Shown in pieces: positions 19,708-29,905 of a stretch of 64,000 nt of DNA. The stretch comes from Spirochaetota bacterium (GTDB lineage: Bacteria; Spirochaetota; UBA4802; UBA5550). The notes beneath the pieces were generated by a model. The model did not search any database. It saw only the letters and a list, made by a program, of their open reading frames with translations, and was not told the DNA's origin. The stretch spans positions 544,001-608,000 of the forward strand of contig OY760686.1 of the NCBI GenBank assembly GCA_963663865.1, written 5' to 3'. Numbering within the stretch: the stretch's first letter is position 1; each line of letters opens with the position of its first letter. The position numbers and the translations under genes are program-made.

Positions 19708-20610
19708 ATGAAACCGACATTACTTATACTCGCTGCGGGAATGGGCAGCCGCTACGGAGGGCTCAAGCAGCTTGACAGCTTCGGTCCCTCGGGCGAGGCA
19801 ATTATTGATTACTCAATCTACGACGCGGTCAGGGCCGGGTTCGGGAAGGTGGTCTTTGTCATAAGGGAAGGTTTTTCTGAAAGCTTTAAGGCGGCTTTTG
19901 AACCCAAGCTCGCAGGCCGCATCGAAACCGCTTATGTCTATCAGGAACTCGACAGGATTCCCGAGGGGTTTAAGGCCCATCCTGAGAGGGTGAAGCCCTG
20001 GGGAACAGGGCATGCCGTTCTTATGGCCGCCGATGTCATTGACAGCCCCTTCGCTATTATTAACGCGGACGATTTCTACGGGAGACAGGCCTTTGAGGCG
20101 CTTGCGTCACACATGACTTCAGGCTCTCCCTCCAATGAGTACTGCATGGTCGGATACAGGCTTGCCGGTACGCTCTCAGAGAACGGTTCGGTTTCACGCG
20201 GGGTCTGCGTTACAGATGAAAGCGGCTATCTCACGGATATTACTGAGAGGACTGATATCAGACGGGAGAACGGGGGGATATTCTTTCACGAGGACGGAAA
20301 GTCATTTCCTCTCACAGGAAATGAAAATGTTTCAATGAACTGCTGGGCGTTTCAGCCCGACTTTTTTGGATACCTGAGCGAAGGCTTTCAGGATTTTCTG
20401 AAGAGAAGGGGGACTGAGCTTAAATCGGAGTACTTTTTCCCGTTCGAGGTTTCCGACAGGCTCCAAAGGGGACAGATTAAAGTCAGGGTGCTCCCGACTG
20501 AGTCCGAGTGGTTCGGCGTCACTTACCCGGAAGACAGGCCCGGTGTGGAGAAGAGCCTGGCCGGCCTTATCCGGAGAGGAGAGTATCCCGTATCGCTCTG
20601 GGCTTCTTAA
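19708..20610 (+). CDS. Sugar-phosphate nucleotidyltransferase
   Basis: MKPTLLILAAGMGSRYGGLKQ, KPWGTGHA, INADDFYG, WFGVTY. The true start is 19708, not 19555. Confidence 0.9.
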   Translation: MKPTLLILAAGMGSRYGGLKQLDSFGPSGEAIIDYSIYDAVRAGFGKVVFVIREGFSESFKAAFEPKLAGRIETAYVYQELDRIPEGFKAHPERVKPWGTGHAVLMAADVIDSPFAIINADDFYGRQAFEALASHMTSGSPSNEYCMVGYRLAGTLSENGSVSRGVCVTDESGYLTDITERTDIRRENGGIFFHEDGKSFPLTGNENVSMNCWAFQPDFFGYLSEGFQDFLKRRGTELKSEYFFPFEVSDRLQRGQIKVRVLPTESEWFGVTYPEDRPGVEKSLAGLIRRGEYPVSLWAS

Positions 20611-22091
20611 AACCTCTTTGTCAGGCTTAGCCCGTAGAAGGGAGAGCTGTCTTCAGAAAATGAAAGGTATGGAAGCACTGTGAAGTCTTCCTGAATATTT
20701 TCGGCGGAGGCGATTCTGTCTTTGCTCAGTACCGCGTGTACAATCTCAACGATCTTTACCGCCCCGTAGACCGCCGCGATTTTGTAGCCGCGGTCTTTGT
20801 TTGTGCTGCCCCTGACGTATCGGCCGTCAATCAGCGTTTCGGGAGCCGAAAAATCACGGAGAGCGGCATAGACAAGTATGTTGTTCAGGTGGAAGTAGAA
20901 ATATCCCCAACCCCTGGAGCCGCGGTAGAAATGCCCGCCGCCTCCTGATACAAGTGAAAGATAGCCTGCCATGAAAGAACTGCCCGTGTAAGACTGCGGA
21001 GGCCCGAATACAGAGGCGTTCTGGAGCGACTGGTGCGCGAATGCGTCAACAAACAGTGATGTGCCTCCGGCCAGTAGCATGTACCATGCGAAGCGGTAGG
21101 CGGCCGCCCTGTGCAGGCTGATATCCTCCCCTCTGTCTTTGAGCTTTGAAGGCCTGTTGATGAAGCCGTCCGCTTCAATGTAGAGGTACGGTGACGCGTT
21201 TGCTGCCCACAGGGCGAGCCCTGTCCAGTCCTTATACTCATAGTGCCCGAAGAGCGGAGCGGCAACGGGCATCAGGGCGCTGCCGACGGGAGCGAGAAGC
21301 ATGGCTGCGGCGCTTCTTTCTATGGTCGGTCTGGAGAACACCATCTCATGCTTACGGCCGTAATAGAAGCTTTCAATTCTGTCAGCCCTGCTGTCGTGAG
21401 AAATGAAGATGAATCCACCAGGCTTAAGGATCGACGAATAATCTGAATGAACCCTGCCGCCGGCAATTTCAATATTGCCCGCCGGCGAAAAACCGGTAAG
21501 CCCTGAGATCGCATCGGGGGCTTTGATGAAGTACCTGTATGTTCCGTCCGGGACAGGCGGGCCGGATGAAGAAAGTGCTCCATCCACAGATATTTCCGCC
21601 TGCGTCCTGAGTTTCCTGAACAGTCCAGCGATAAACAGGGCCGCGTTCTCCTCGCATATACCGGCTGACTGATAAGTGGTGAGCCCCGGGGGCGTCTTAA
21701 GCTCGGCGCTGCGGGTGTAGACAGCCCGGCCGTTGTAGGGGAAGTCTGTCGAGTAGGCAGTCAGTCTCAGAAGCATGGTTTCGTCCATGTCTTCAAGGCT
21801 TCCTGAAATAACAAGGCTGATTCCGGCGTTTTCTGAAAAACGGAGAACACACTTCTCATCGGTGCAGGCGAATTTATTCAGCTGCTCCTTGAGGGATTCG
21901 GCATTAACAAGCTCATATATTCCGGCTGAGTCAAGGATGCTTCCTATATGAGTTCCAGTGTTAAGCGCGAAAGGCACCGCTCTGGGTGTTGCCGCCGATA
22001 TTCCGGTGAAGGCGGCCAGGGGCCTTGCGCTTGCTTCATATGATATGTTAAGCGCGGCTGCAAGCGCCGCGGCAAGAATTATCTTTTTCAT
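20607..22091 (-). CDS. Hypothetical exported/membrane protein, paralog of 7329..8804
   Basis: Signal peptide; LSLVSGGGGHFYRG and GAVKIVEIVHA; C-terminal Phe. Confidence 0.7.
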   Translation of the reverse strand: MKKIILAAALAAALNISYEASARPLAAFTGISAATPRAVPFALNTGTHIGSILDSAGIYELVNAESLKEQLNKFACTDEKCVLRFSENAGISLVISGSLEDMDETMLLRLTAYSTDFPYNGRAVYTRSAELKTPPGLTTYQSAGICEENAALFIAGLFRKLRTQAEISVDGALSSSGPPVPDGTYRYFIKAPDAISGLTGFSPAGNIEIAGGRVHSDYSSILKPGGFIFISHDSRADRIESFYYGRKHEMVFSRPTIERSAAAMLLAPVGSALMPVAAPLFGHYEYKDWTGLALWAANASPYLYIEADGFINRPSKLKDRGEDISLHRAAAYRFAWYMLLAGGTSLFVDAFAHQSLQNASVFGPPQSYTGSSFMAGYLSLVSGGGGHFYRGSRGWGYFYFHLNNILVYAALRDFSAPETLIDGRYVRGSTNKDRGYKIAAVYGAVKIVEIVHAVLSKDRIASAENIQEDFTVLPYLSFSEDSSPFYGLSLTKRF

Positions 22092-22179
22092 ACTGAGGAT
22101 TAATAAAATTCACGGCGGTTTCGTCAAGGAATAATCGGGAGGTCAGCCGAAGGCTGCCGTAAAGCAAAAAGGAATTAAA

Positions 22180-23061
22180 TCAGCTTTCACCGCTTTTCCC
22201 GGTTTCCCTATTTCTCGGCTTTCTGCCGTAAAGCTTCTCCGCGCATTCAGGGCAGATGCCGTGCGTGAAGTCCGCGCCTGTGTGAGTTTTAACGTAGTCT
22301 TCAAGACGGTTCCAGTACCCTTTGTCATCGCGTATTTTTTTACAGCTCGCGCATATTGGCAGCAGACCGCTCAGGGTTCTGACCTCCTCAAGGGCTTTTT
22401 TCAATTCAGCAATTGATGAATGAAGTTTTTTAAGAATAGGGTTGGTCAGCAGTATAAAAAGAAATGACGCGGCAAAAACAAGCACTATCGTTATCGAAGT
22501 CGTGATATACGATGCGCGCTTGAAAGGGATGGAAATGCTTTCCATTGACCTGTGTTTTACAATCGCTGTTTCGAGGGTAGGGATGTAGCTGTATGCGGAA
22601 ATGTACTCCATTCCTTTTCTGTCGGTCTCGTAGATTACTCCGCTTTTTCCCTCAAAGGCCAGCCTCAGGGGTTCCGGCATGTTTTCGTCGATGGGGATGG
22701 GGTCGGATTTGTCGAGTTCAGGGCCCTGCTTGAAGGCTATGAAGCGGATCATCCCGTCTGCTTTTTCCGCGATGATGAGCTGCTCATCCTCTTCGGAATA
22801 TTCAATCTGCGAGAGTGCGTTTTGTATCTGCCTGAAGGTGAGTTTCTTCCAGTCCTTTATGGAGTACATCGCCGCGTAATCGCGGTCGTGAGCGGCCACT
22901 GCCTCTATCAATCTCGCGTATGAATTTACGGTGTTGTACAAATGCTCTCTTTCATCTTCAATCTCGGAGGAATAGAGTATACCTATTGTTATAACCTTGG
23001 CAATAACGGTAACGCCAATCATGAGCATCACGAGAAGGAACAGCCTGAGCCTTGTGTGCAT
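22180..23061 (-). CDS. Membrane sensor protein (Cache-like domain) with C-terminal Cys-rich Zn-binding-type output domain
   Basis: Start MHTRLRL at 23061 with GGAG RBS; two TM helices; LSGLLPICASCKKIRDDKGYW...FTHGICPEC. Confidence 0.8.
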   Translation of the reverse strand: MHTRLRLFLLVMLMIGVTVIAKVITIGILYSSEIEDEREHLYNTVNSYARLIEAVAAHDRDYAAMYSIKDWKKLTFRQIQNALSQIEYSEEDEQLIIAEKADGMIRFIAFKQGPELDKSDPIPIDENMPEPLRLAFEGKSGVIYETDRKGMEYISAYSYIPTLETAIVKHRSMESISIPFKRASYITTSITIVLVFAASFLFILLTNPILKKLHSSIAELKKALEEVRTLSGLLPICASCKKIRDDKGYWNRLEDYVKTHTGADFTHGICPECAEKLYGRKPRNRETGKSGES

Positions 23062-23194
23062 TTGACTCTCCTCTTGGAAGCGGTTATGTACGCTCTGCCT
23101 CTGCGCTGTAAAGGTAATTATAACTGTTTGTTCCCGGATCGTCAAGCCCCCCGGACTACAAATCCAGGGGGGGACAGGCTGATGCAGAGCAGGT

Positions 23195-24337
23195 CTACTT
23201 AACTCTGTCGAGAACCGCGAGAGTCTCAACGTGAGGTGTCTGGGGAAACATGTCAAAGGCCTCGAAGGATTTAACTTCGTACTGATTGAGCCCCGCCAGG
23301 TCGTCTCGGAATGTTGCCGGGTTGCAGGACATGTAGACAATTCTGTCGGGGGCCTTTTCGTTAATGAGCGGGAGCATTTTCGGGTGCATCCCGGCGCGGG
23401 GAGGATCAAGGATAAGAGTGTCGTATCCGGCAATGCCGTCCCTGACGAACTCAGCAGCATCCTTTTCAATGAAATCAGCGTTTGCGGTACCGTTAAGTTC
23501 CCGGTTTTCGAGAGCCGACTCAACTGCCTCTGGAACAATCTCGACTCCGGTAACAGACTCTGCTCCGCCGGCGGTAAAAAGCGAAATGCTTCCGACGCCT
23601 GAATAGAGATCAAGCACCCGGCCTCTGACCTCTTCCCTGATGCGCCTGTACATCTGAAGGGCCACAGGCGAGTTGGACTGGAAGAAAGAATTAGGCGTAA
23701 TGCGGTACCTGATTCCGTCAAAGGACTCTTCAATGTAGTTTCGCCCGAACGAGTCGATGACCTCCCCGAAGCTCTGGTCCGCGAGTCCGTCGTTGAAGAT
23801 AATGTTGATCGAATCGGCATCATCGGATATTTCACTGATAATATCTCTCAGCCTGTTGTCCCGCGAAGCGGTAACGAAGCTTACCATTGTCTGTCCGGTA
23901 AAATACGCCTGTCGGAAAACCGCGTAACGCAGATAGCCTTTGTGCGACAGGTAATTGTAACCTTCGATTTCAGCGAGCATGGGTCTGAGCTTTTTATAAA
24001 GAGAGTTTGTTTTTGTCTGCATTATGGCGCATGATTCTACGTCAGTGACAAACCTGTAGCTTCCTTCCTCGCGCAGGCCTATCTTCCCGAAGGCGCATAC
24101 CATATCCATGCGGTTACGGTATACAAGGGGCTCAGACGGGTTGACGCTGTCAACAGAGAGGGCCCCGTCAAAAAGCCCGTTGATGTATTCTTTTTTCAGC
24201 AGCAGCTGGTTTTCGTAGGCGATGTCCTGAAACATGCAGCCGCCGCATTTCTCGAAGTGAGGGCATACAGGCGTGACGCCTTCGCCCCTGAAACGTTCAG
24301 CGAGGCTGTGAAACAGCTTCTTCTTTTTTTTCTTCAT
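23195..24337 (-). CDS. rlmD: 23S rRNA (uracil-5)-methyltransferase, RlmD/TrmA family
   Basis: CPHFEKCGGC, SFFQSN, DLYSGVG, DPPRAG, YMSCNPAT, DMFPQTPHVE. Confidence 0.9.
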   Translation of the reverse strand: MKKKKKKLFHSLAERFRGEGVTPVCPHFEKCGGCMFQDIAYENQLLLKKEYINGLFDGALSVDSVNPSEPLVYRNRMDMVCAFGKIGLREEGSYRFVTDVESCAIMQTKTNSLYKKLRPMLAEIEGYNYLSHKGYLRYAVFRQAYFTGQTMVSFVTASRDNRLRDIISEISDDADSINIIFNDGLADQSFGEVIDSFGRNYIEESFDGIRYRITPNSFFQSNSPVALQMYRRIREEVRGRVLDLYSGVGSISLFTAGGAESVTGVEIVPEAVESALENRELNGTANADFIEKDAAEFVRDGIAGYDTLILDPPRAGMHPKMLPLINEKAPDRIVYMSCNPATFRDDLAGLNQYEVKSFEAFDMFPQTPHVETLAVLDRVK

Positions 24338-24408
24338 TGTGTCTCCGCGGTAAAAAAGTCAGAATGCAGGTTTTAACGGGAGCTGTAATGAGTAAAGAAT
24401 AATTTTTT

Positions 24409-26106
24409 CTATGCGTCATCATTATCAGGGTCAAACAGGACAAAGCTGTTTCTGCCCGTGAAGATAGCTGCCCTGTGGCCATCCATAAATGTATCCGAAA
24501 AGGTGCTTCCCGGTTCCGGCGTGAAAAGAAGAGAGCGCTTCAGCGAGGCCCTGTCGATTCCTTGCGGCAGCGGGCTTTCTTTTTTTTGGGGGGTGGATAA
24601 TGACCTGTAGCAGTCACGTTTCAATTTCCTTAGATGAGCGCCCTGAAGATAATCAGGATACCGGTTCCGTCCCGAAGAGAGGCCCCAGTCCCAGCGGAGG
24701 CAGTCGCGCAAGAAGGCCGCGTCGGGATTAATTGATTGCGCGTAAATAAGCAGGGCGCGGCCCAGCGATTCAGCTTCCCTGATGTTCATGCCGCTGTCAT
24801 TGTGTTTGTTAAGCCATTCGGCGATTGACATGTACATTTCGAAGGGCGAAGCGAAAAAAGGCAAAATGCCGCCGGTAAATGTTTTAAACCTTCCGGAGTT
24901 ATAGAGCAGATCAAGCGTGGATGAGAACCTCACGAGAGAGGCCATATCGTCTTCAGTCAGGACGGTGGTCGATGTAACAGGATACGGAGGTTCCTGCGAG
25001 TAACGAATTCCGAAGGAGGTAGCGCTTTCCCTCATCAAAGTGCCCGGCAGACACTTGAGTATCCCTGACTGAATGTGTTCGGCTCCGGTTGCGTAAACCC
25101 GGTTAAATCCGCTGCCGTATGATGCTATATCCTCAAGAGGAAGGCCGGCGATGAGGTCGACGTGAAGGTGAATATTGCCGGCTCGGACGAGGCGGCTTAC
25201 CGAGTTAAGCGTCTTTTCAGTGTCACCAGCGCGATGTACGGCTTTAAGGACGGCAGTGTTAAGCGACTGTATGCCCGCCTCAAACTGGAACAGACCGGGC
25301 GGCGCCTTCTCAAGAAGACTGAAGTCCTCATCGCGCAGAAGAGATGCCCTTATCTCAAAATGGAATGAAGTGCCTGATGTGCAATATCTGCTTATAATGT
25401 AATCCCAGATAAGCGCCGCTCTTTCAGGGTCGGCGTTGAAAGTCCTGTCGACAAACTTGATGAGGCGGGGGCCCTTTGACACGAGGAAGTCTATCTCACG
25501 GAAAACATCCGTTGTGTCACGGAATTCAAGCTGCTGGTCTGAGCGTGACGATAGGCAGTAAGCGCAGCGGCAGGGGCAGCCGCGCGAGGATTCATAGTAG
25601 ATGTACTTGCCGCTGAGCTTTGGGAAGTCAGAGTCCCTGTACGGGAAAGGTATCTGCCGGAAGTGCGCGTTCGGGCGCCTGATGAGCTTGTCTGTAAGGG
25701 TAAAACGGGAACGTCCAAGCTCTTCGAGGGCCGCTTCGCCCGCTCCCTGAATAATGTACGTTGCTTCAGGGAAAAGCGAGGCGGCTTCATCAGTGAAGCC
25801 TGCTTCGGGCCCTCCCACAACAATGGGCAGACCCGGTAAAGCGGAGCGGAGCATTCTTATCGCCTGCCCGGCAATATCCCTGTTCCAAATGTAGACCGAA
25901 AAGCAGACCGCTGAGGGGGACAGAGAAGCCGCCTCGGTAGCAATAAGGCCGGGCTCCTGCTTAATAGTGTATTCTTTTATAACGGGGCTGTATCCCTCTG
26001 CTTCTACCGGGCTTCGCAGGTACAGAAGAGAGGGGTTGGACTGGCTGTATCTTGAGTTTATGCCGATCAGCAGGACTGGTTTATTATCATTAATCTCGTC
26101 TTTCAT
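24409..26106 (-). CDS. B12-binding radical SAM protein (DUF4080-type)
   Basis: YYESSRGCPCRCAYC, KFVDRTFN, HVDLIAGLP. Confidence 0.88.
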   Translation of the reverse strand: MKDEINDNKPVLLIGINSRYSQSNPSLLYLRSPVEAEGYSPVIKEYTIKQEPGLIATEAASLSPSAVCFSVYIWNRDIAGQAIRMLRSALPGLPIVVGGPEAGFTDEAASLFPEATYIIQGAGEAALEELGRSRFTLTDKLIRRPNAHFRQIPFPYRDSDFPKLSGKYIYYESSRGCPCRCAYCLSSRSDQQLEFRDTTDVFREIDFLVSKGPRLIKFVDRTFNADPERAALIWDYIISRYCTSGTSFHFEIRASLLRDEDFSLLEKAPPGLFQFEAGIQSLNTAVLKAVHRAGDTEKTLNSVSRLVRAGNIHLHVDLIAGLPLEDIASYGSGFNRVYATGAEHIQSGILKCLPGTLMRESATSFGIRYSQEPPYPVTSTTVLTEDDMASLVRFSSTLDLLYNSGRFKTFTGGILPFFASPFEMYMSIAEWLNKHNDSGMNIREAESLGRALLIYAQSINPDAAFLRDCLRWDWGLSSGRNRYPDYLQGAHLRKLKRDCYRSLSTPQKKESPLPQGIDRASLKRSLLFTPEPGSTFSDTFMDGHRAAIFTGRNSFVLFDPDNDDA

Positions 26107-26177
26107 TATAAATGTATTTATCCGGGGGAAAGGGCAGTTTTTTCAAACAATTAAAATCAATAATTCAAAAAGAAGGC

Positions 26178-27335
26178 CTATTGCACAATCGTTTTAAGAT
26201 ATTCGCCCGGTGCGGTCCCCATTATTTTTTTGAAGGCCGAGTAGAAGGCCGACTTTGAATCAAAGCCGGATTTGAAGGCTATTGACAGGATGTTTGTCTG
26301 GTCTCCTGATGATGTTTTAAGCATCTCGATAGCGGCCCTGATTCTGTAGCTGTTGACAAAAAGGTAGAAGTTGCTTCCTGTCTTGATGTTTATTGCCTGT
26401 GATAAGTGATGCTTGCTCACGTTAAGCTTCTCTGCAAGGGCCTCAATCGTAAGGTCAGGGTCCATGAAGAGCTTTTCCTCTTCCATTTTGCTGCAGGTCT
26501 GGTTGAAAAGAGAGTCAACTTTGTCATCGTTAAGCCCGGCCTTTCTGTATTTAACACTTTTTGAACTCAGCCGGCTGTCTGCTTCTGTAAGGGCTGACTC
26601 GTTCTGTTTAAGGCTTTTATATCCTATAATGTAGAGAATTACGGTAAAACCGACAACAGGGATGAAAGCGGTATCTTTCCAAGGAATCTTAATAAAACCG
26701 GCAACTGTAAGAACAACTCCGAAGAAGTTTACAAGATAGTTAGGAATCATGAGCACTGACATCAGCAGGAGCCAGTTAAGCGACTTGTTCTCCAGAGATG
26801 AATGCGATTGAAGCAGGGCCTTTCTGTACTTCAGTATGCGCCGTATTGAGATTGTGATGTATATCATCATCTGAATCTGTATCCCGGGGACGCTCAGCAT
26901 TGAGCTTGCGGGAAGAGAATTACCGTCAGGCAGAACAGCTTCTCCGAATATTCTCGCTTTGATAATCAGTTCTTTCTCCTGTCCTGAAAGCATGTAGATG
27001 CCGAGATTGTCTAAAAAAGACAGCAGGGCGGTCGAAAAAAGCAGCAGGTGAACTGGTCTTATGCGAAATGTCCTGTCAATCATTGCTCTTATATAAAAGT
27101 AGAAGAGCGGCCCAAGGGCCATTGAAAGCGGCCAGTCAACGAGAAAGAGGTGAGGGAAAGGCAGCCTTATGCTGTATGTGACAACTGAGTTTGCCGCGAT
27201 TACTATGGCCTGTATGAACATGAATGCCGCGAGGATGCGGTTCGCGTATCTGTTCTTCCTGGAGTTGGCAAGAAGGAAGAAGAAAAAGAAACCCTGTGTT
27301 ATCCCGAGAAGCGCTATTGCTGAAGTTATGTTCAA
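26178..27335 (-). CDS. Membrane-anchored AraC-family regulator
   Basis: TM helices; PHLFLVDWPLSMALGP, HHLSQAIN, GFDSKSAFY. Close paralog of 16914..18098. Confidence 0.9.
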   Translation of the reverse strand: MNITSAIALLGITQGFFFFFLLANSRKNRYANRILAAFMFIQAIVIAANSVVTYSIRLPFPHLFLVDWPLSMALGPLFYFYIRAMIDRTFRIRPVHLLLFSTALLSFLDNLGIYMLSGQEKELIIKARIFGEAVLPDGNSLPASSMLSVPGIQIQMMIYITISIRRILKYRKALLQSHSSLENKSLNWLLLMSVLMIPNYLVNFFGVVLTVAGFIKIPWKDTAFIPVVGFTVILYIIGYKSLKQNESALTEADSRLSSKSVKYRKAGLNDDKVDSLFNQTCSKMEEEKLFMDPDLTIEALAEKLNVSKHHLSQAINIKTGSNFYLFVNSYRIRAAIEMLKTSSGDQTNILSIAFKSGFDSKSAFYSAFKKIMGTAPGEYLKTIVQ

Positions 27336-27460
27336 GCGTCATACTCCTTTTTTCGGGGTATTAGAACGTCTGCAGTTTACAAAACTGCCGAATGGCTCAC
27401 CGGTGTTTGAAGAGGGCTGTATCTCGGGCCGCATTTCCAATGCCGGCTGTTATCTTCGCA

Positions 27461-27491
27461 TAAAGAGCCGGGGAGTTGAGGGCTCCCCGGC
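27461..27491 (-). terminator. Intrinsic terminator after the GH3 gene
   Basis: Minus strand GCCGGGGAG-loop-CTCCCCGGC-TCTTTA. Confidence 0.65.
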
Positions 27492-27517
27492 AATCACTAT
27501 TTTAGGATAGAAGAATT

Positions 27518-29724
27518 TTACTGATATGTCAAACCGAAACCTGCCTCAAAGGCCGGATTCAGCGTGTCATCTGCTACGTCCTCAAGCTGGGCTTCCACTT
27601 CAGTGTCAGAAGAGGGCAGCTCAAATGGCAGTTTGCCTGATGGTTTCAGCCCCTCGTAGGCGAAGATCATGTCAAGAACAGCCTCATCAGTTGCTCCGAA
27701 AGACAGGAGAAGCGCGTCAACCTTATCAACATATTCTTTGACAACAACAGGCCTGTCAGCGTTGACGATTACTACGAGTTTGGTCACTGCTGAGGCGTCA
27801 TCAATCGCCTTTCTCGCGCTGAGGACCTTTTCAAGCTGACCGATATTGCCGGCTATTTCAACGTCTTCGTACAGGACACCAAGAGGATCGGTATAATCCG
27901 CGGGAGTAATGCCGTACTCTGTATCCGGAGCTTCATCGATGTACTGAAGCGACCTGCTGCTCGGACCGACATAGCCCATAAAGGCAGGTTCAGTCGGATA
28001 GAATATTGAATAGGAAGGTCCGTTAATACGGATAACAGCGATGTCGGCCTGTGTAATGTCAGTAACGACTTCCGCTTCGTACCCGCCTTCGATGAAGTCG
28101 GCAAAGACGCTATCAGTACCGCTGGAATTCCCTTCGTAGTAAATCTTTGAAGAGGCAGAGGCAGGCAGGGCTGAGCTGTTTTTCAGCAGGACCATTGATT
28201 TGTGCATGGCGTCAAGACCCGCTGCTTTGTTTTCGTCACTGTTGCAAATCGAAGCTGCAGCTTCCACGTCGGTATAGGGGTTTTCAAACATACCGATCGT
28301 GAAATATGATCTGAGGATATTACTGCATGCCCTGTCGAGGTCGTCCTCGGTCATAAAGCCTTCAGTGATCGCGCCTTTGATGTCATCAAGTGTTCCGTGT
28401 CCGCCAAGCTGATCCATGCCCGCTTTGATTGCCTTCCCTATTTTCGCTTCGGGAGAGAGATCCTCTACTCCCCAGGAAGCGTACGAGCCGGGGATAATCA
28501 TCCCATAACCGCTGTTATATATTCCAAAGAGTCCCCAGTCGGAGGTGTAAAAGCCTTCGAATCCGAGCTCATCGCGCCCGAGGGTTGTGAGTATCTCTTC
28601 ATTGAATCCCGCGGCTACCTGCTCGAAGTCCTGGTCCTTGTAAATAGAATAGCAGGGCATTGAACCGGCAGCATTTGCTTCGGCAAATGCCTTCTGGAAT
28701 GGATAGACGTGCTCATCAAAGTTGTCTCCGGGATTTACGACATATTGGCCTAATGCGTAGTGCGAATCGTATCCTTTGACCTGAGCACCGTGGCCGGGGA
28801 AATGCTTTACCGTACAGATGATGCCGCCGGGCTGAAGAGAGTCGCCGCCCTGGAATCCCTTGATGAGTTCTACAATGTGTTCAGCTATGGTTTCAGAGTC
28901 TGATCCCATGGTTTCATTTATACGCTGCCATCTTGGTTCTGTAGCGAGGTCGGCAACGGGTCCGAAAAGGCACCTGATACCGAGGGCTTTGAACTCCGCT
29001 TTTGCTATAGACGCGAAGTCCTTTGTTACTTCGACGTCATTCACCGCACCCAGGCCGATCGCGAAAGGCCACTGGGATATGTTTGATGTGGCGTTGTTGT
29101 TAGTGCCGTGTACGGGGTTTGAGCTGACAACAAAGGGAATGGCGAGCGAGCTTGCCTCGCAGAGCTTATTCAGGTTGTTGATATAAGCAGCAGTTGCTTG
29201 AGGAAGAGCCGGCGAACTTAGCATTCCGAACCTTCTATGTAAGTCTGTAATATCAGTAATATCTGTGCTGTCTTCTGCTATTGAGCCGTCAGGAGTTTTT
29301 ACACCTGCGATTGAGGGCGCGTTGATAAAGCCTGCTCTTTCGTCAAGAGACATCTTGCTGACAAGGTGTCCGCTGCTCTCTCGCTGACGCTGAGTCTCCA
29401 GTCCTCGTAGTCGTCAAGTGCCCCGTTACCGTTTAGGTCCTTAAATGTGTAGGTAACGGCGGTTCCTTCCGAGTCTGTTACGTCAACAGTCAGTTTGTTT
29501 TTCGCTACCCCTTCTCCGATGACGATTTCGGGTTGAGCAAATACACCGTTAACACAGTACACGCTTTCACCCACGGTACATGCTGTTCCGTCTGGATAGG
29601 TAATCTTTTCCTCTTTGTCGTCGTCATCATCGCCGCAGGCGGTGAACAGCATCGACAGGGACAGGAAGCAGAAGAGCATCATTGATAGTGCCCTGAATGA
29701 GACTGAAACGTTTTTTTGCATCAT
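27518..29724 (-). pseudogene. GH3 beta-glycosidase lipoprotein with a frameshift near 29366
   Basis: The N-terminal ORF (lipobox FTA-C, FKDLNGNG..YEDWRLSVSERAAD) joins 27518..29353 if 2 extra nt (GAC-AC-CTT) are removed. The paralog reads ERAEDLVARM. KHFPGHG and SDW are intact. Confidence 0.85.
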
Positions 29725-29835
29725 AAGCCTCCAAAAAAATAGTGAGTTGTAGGGCTGGGAACGGTACGGACTCAAATCTCCTGAAAATTACGCTATCGGC
29801 AGGCAGACGGATCCCGGACTGACACAGCCTGTCGC

Positions 29836-29878
29836 ATAATAAAGCGGATTTTTGCGTTTGTCGTCCTGTCCGACAAGG
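29836..29878 (-). promoter_or_regulatory. Putative AraC-activated promoter (box type 1)
   Basis: Minus strand CCTTGTCGGACAGGACGACA-N17-TATTAT; matches the box at 13057. Confidence 0.65.
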
Positions 29879-29905
29879 AAGGACTTCTTTTTCAGGAAAG
29901 GCGGA

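Noticed and set aside
23062-23835. N-terminal extension of the 551-aa ORF 22180..23835
   Set aside because: It overlaps rlmD out of frame; the RBS and domain structure point to a start at 23061.
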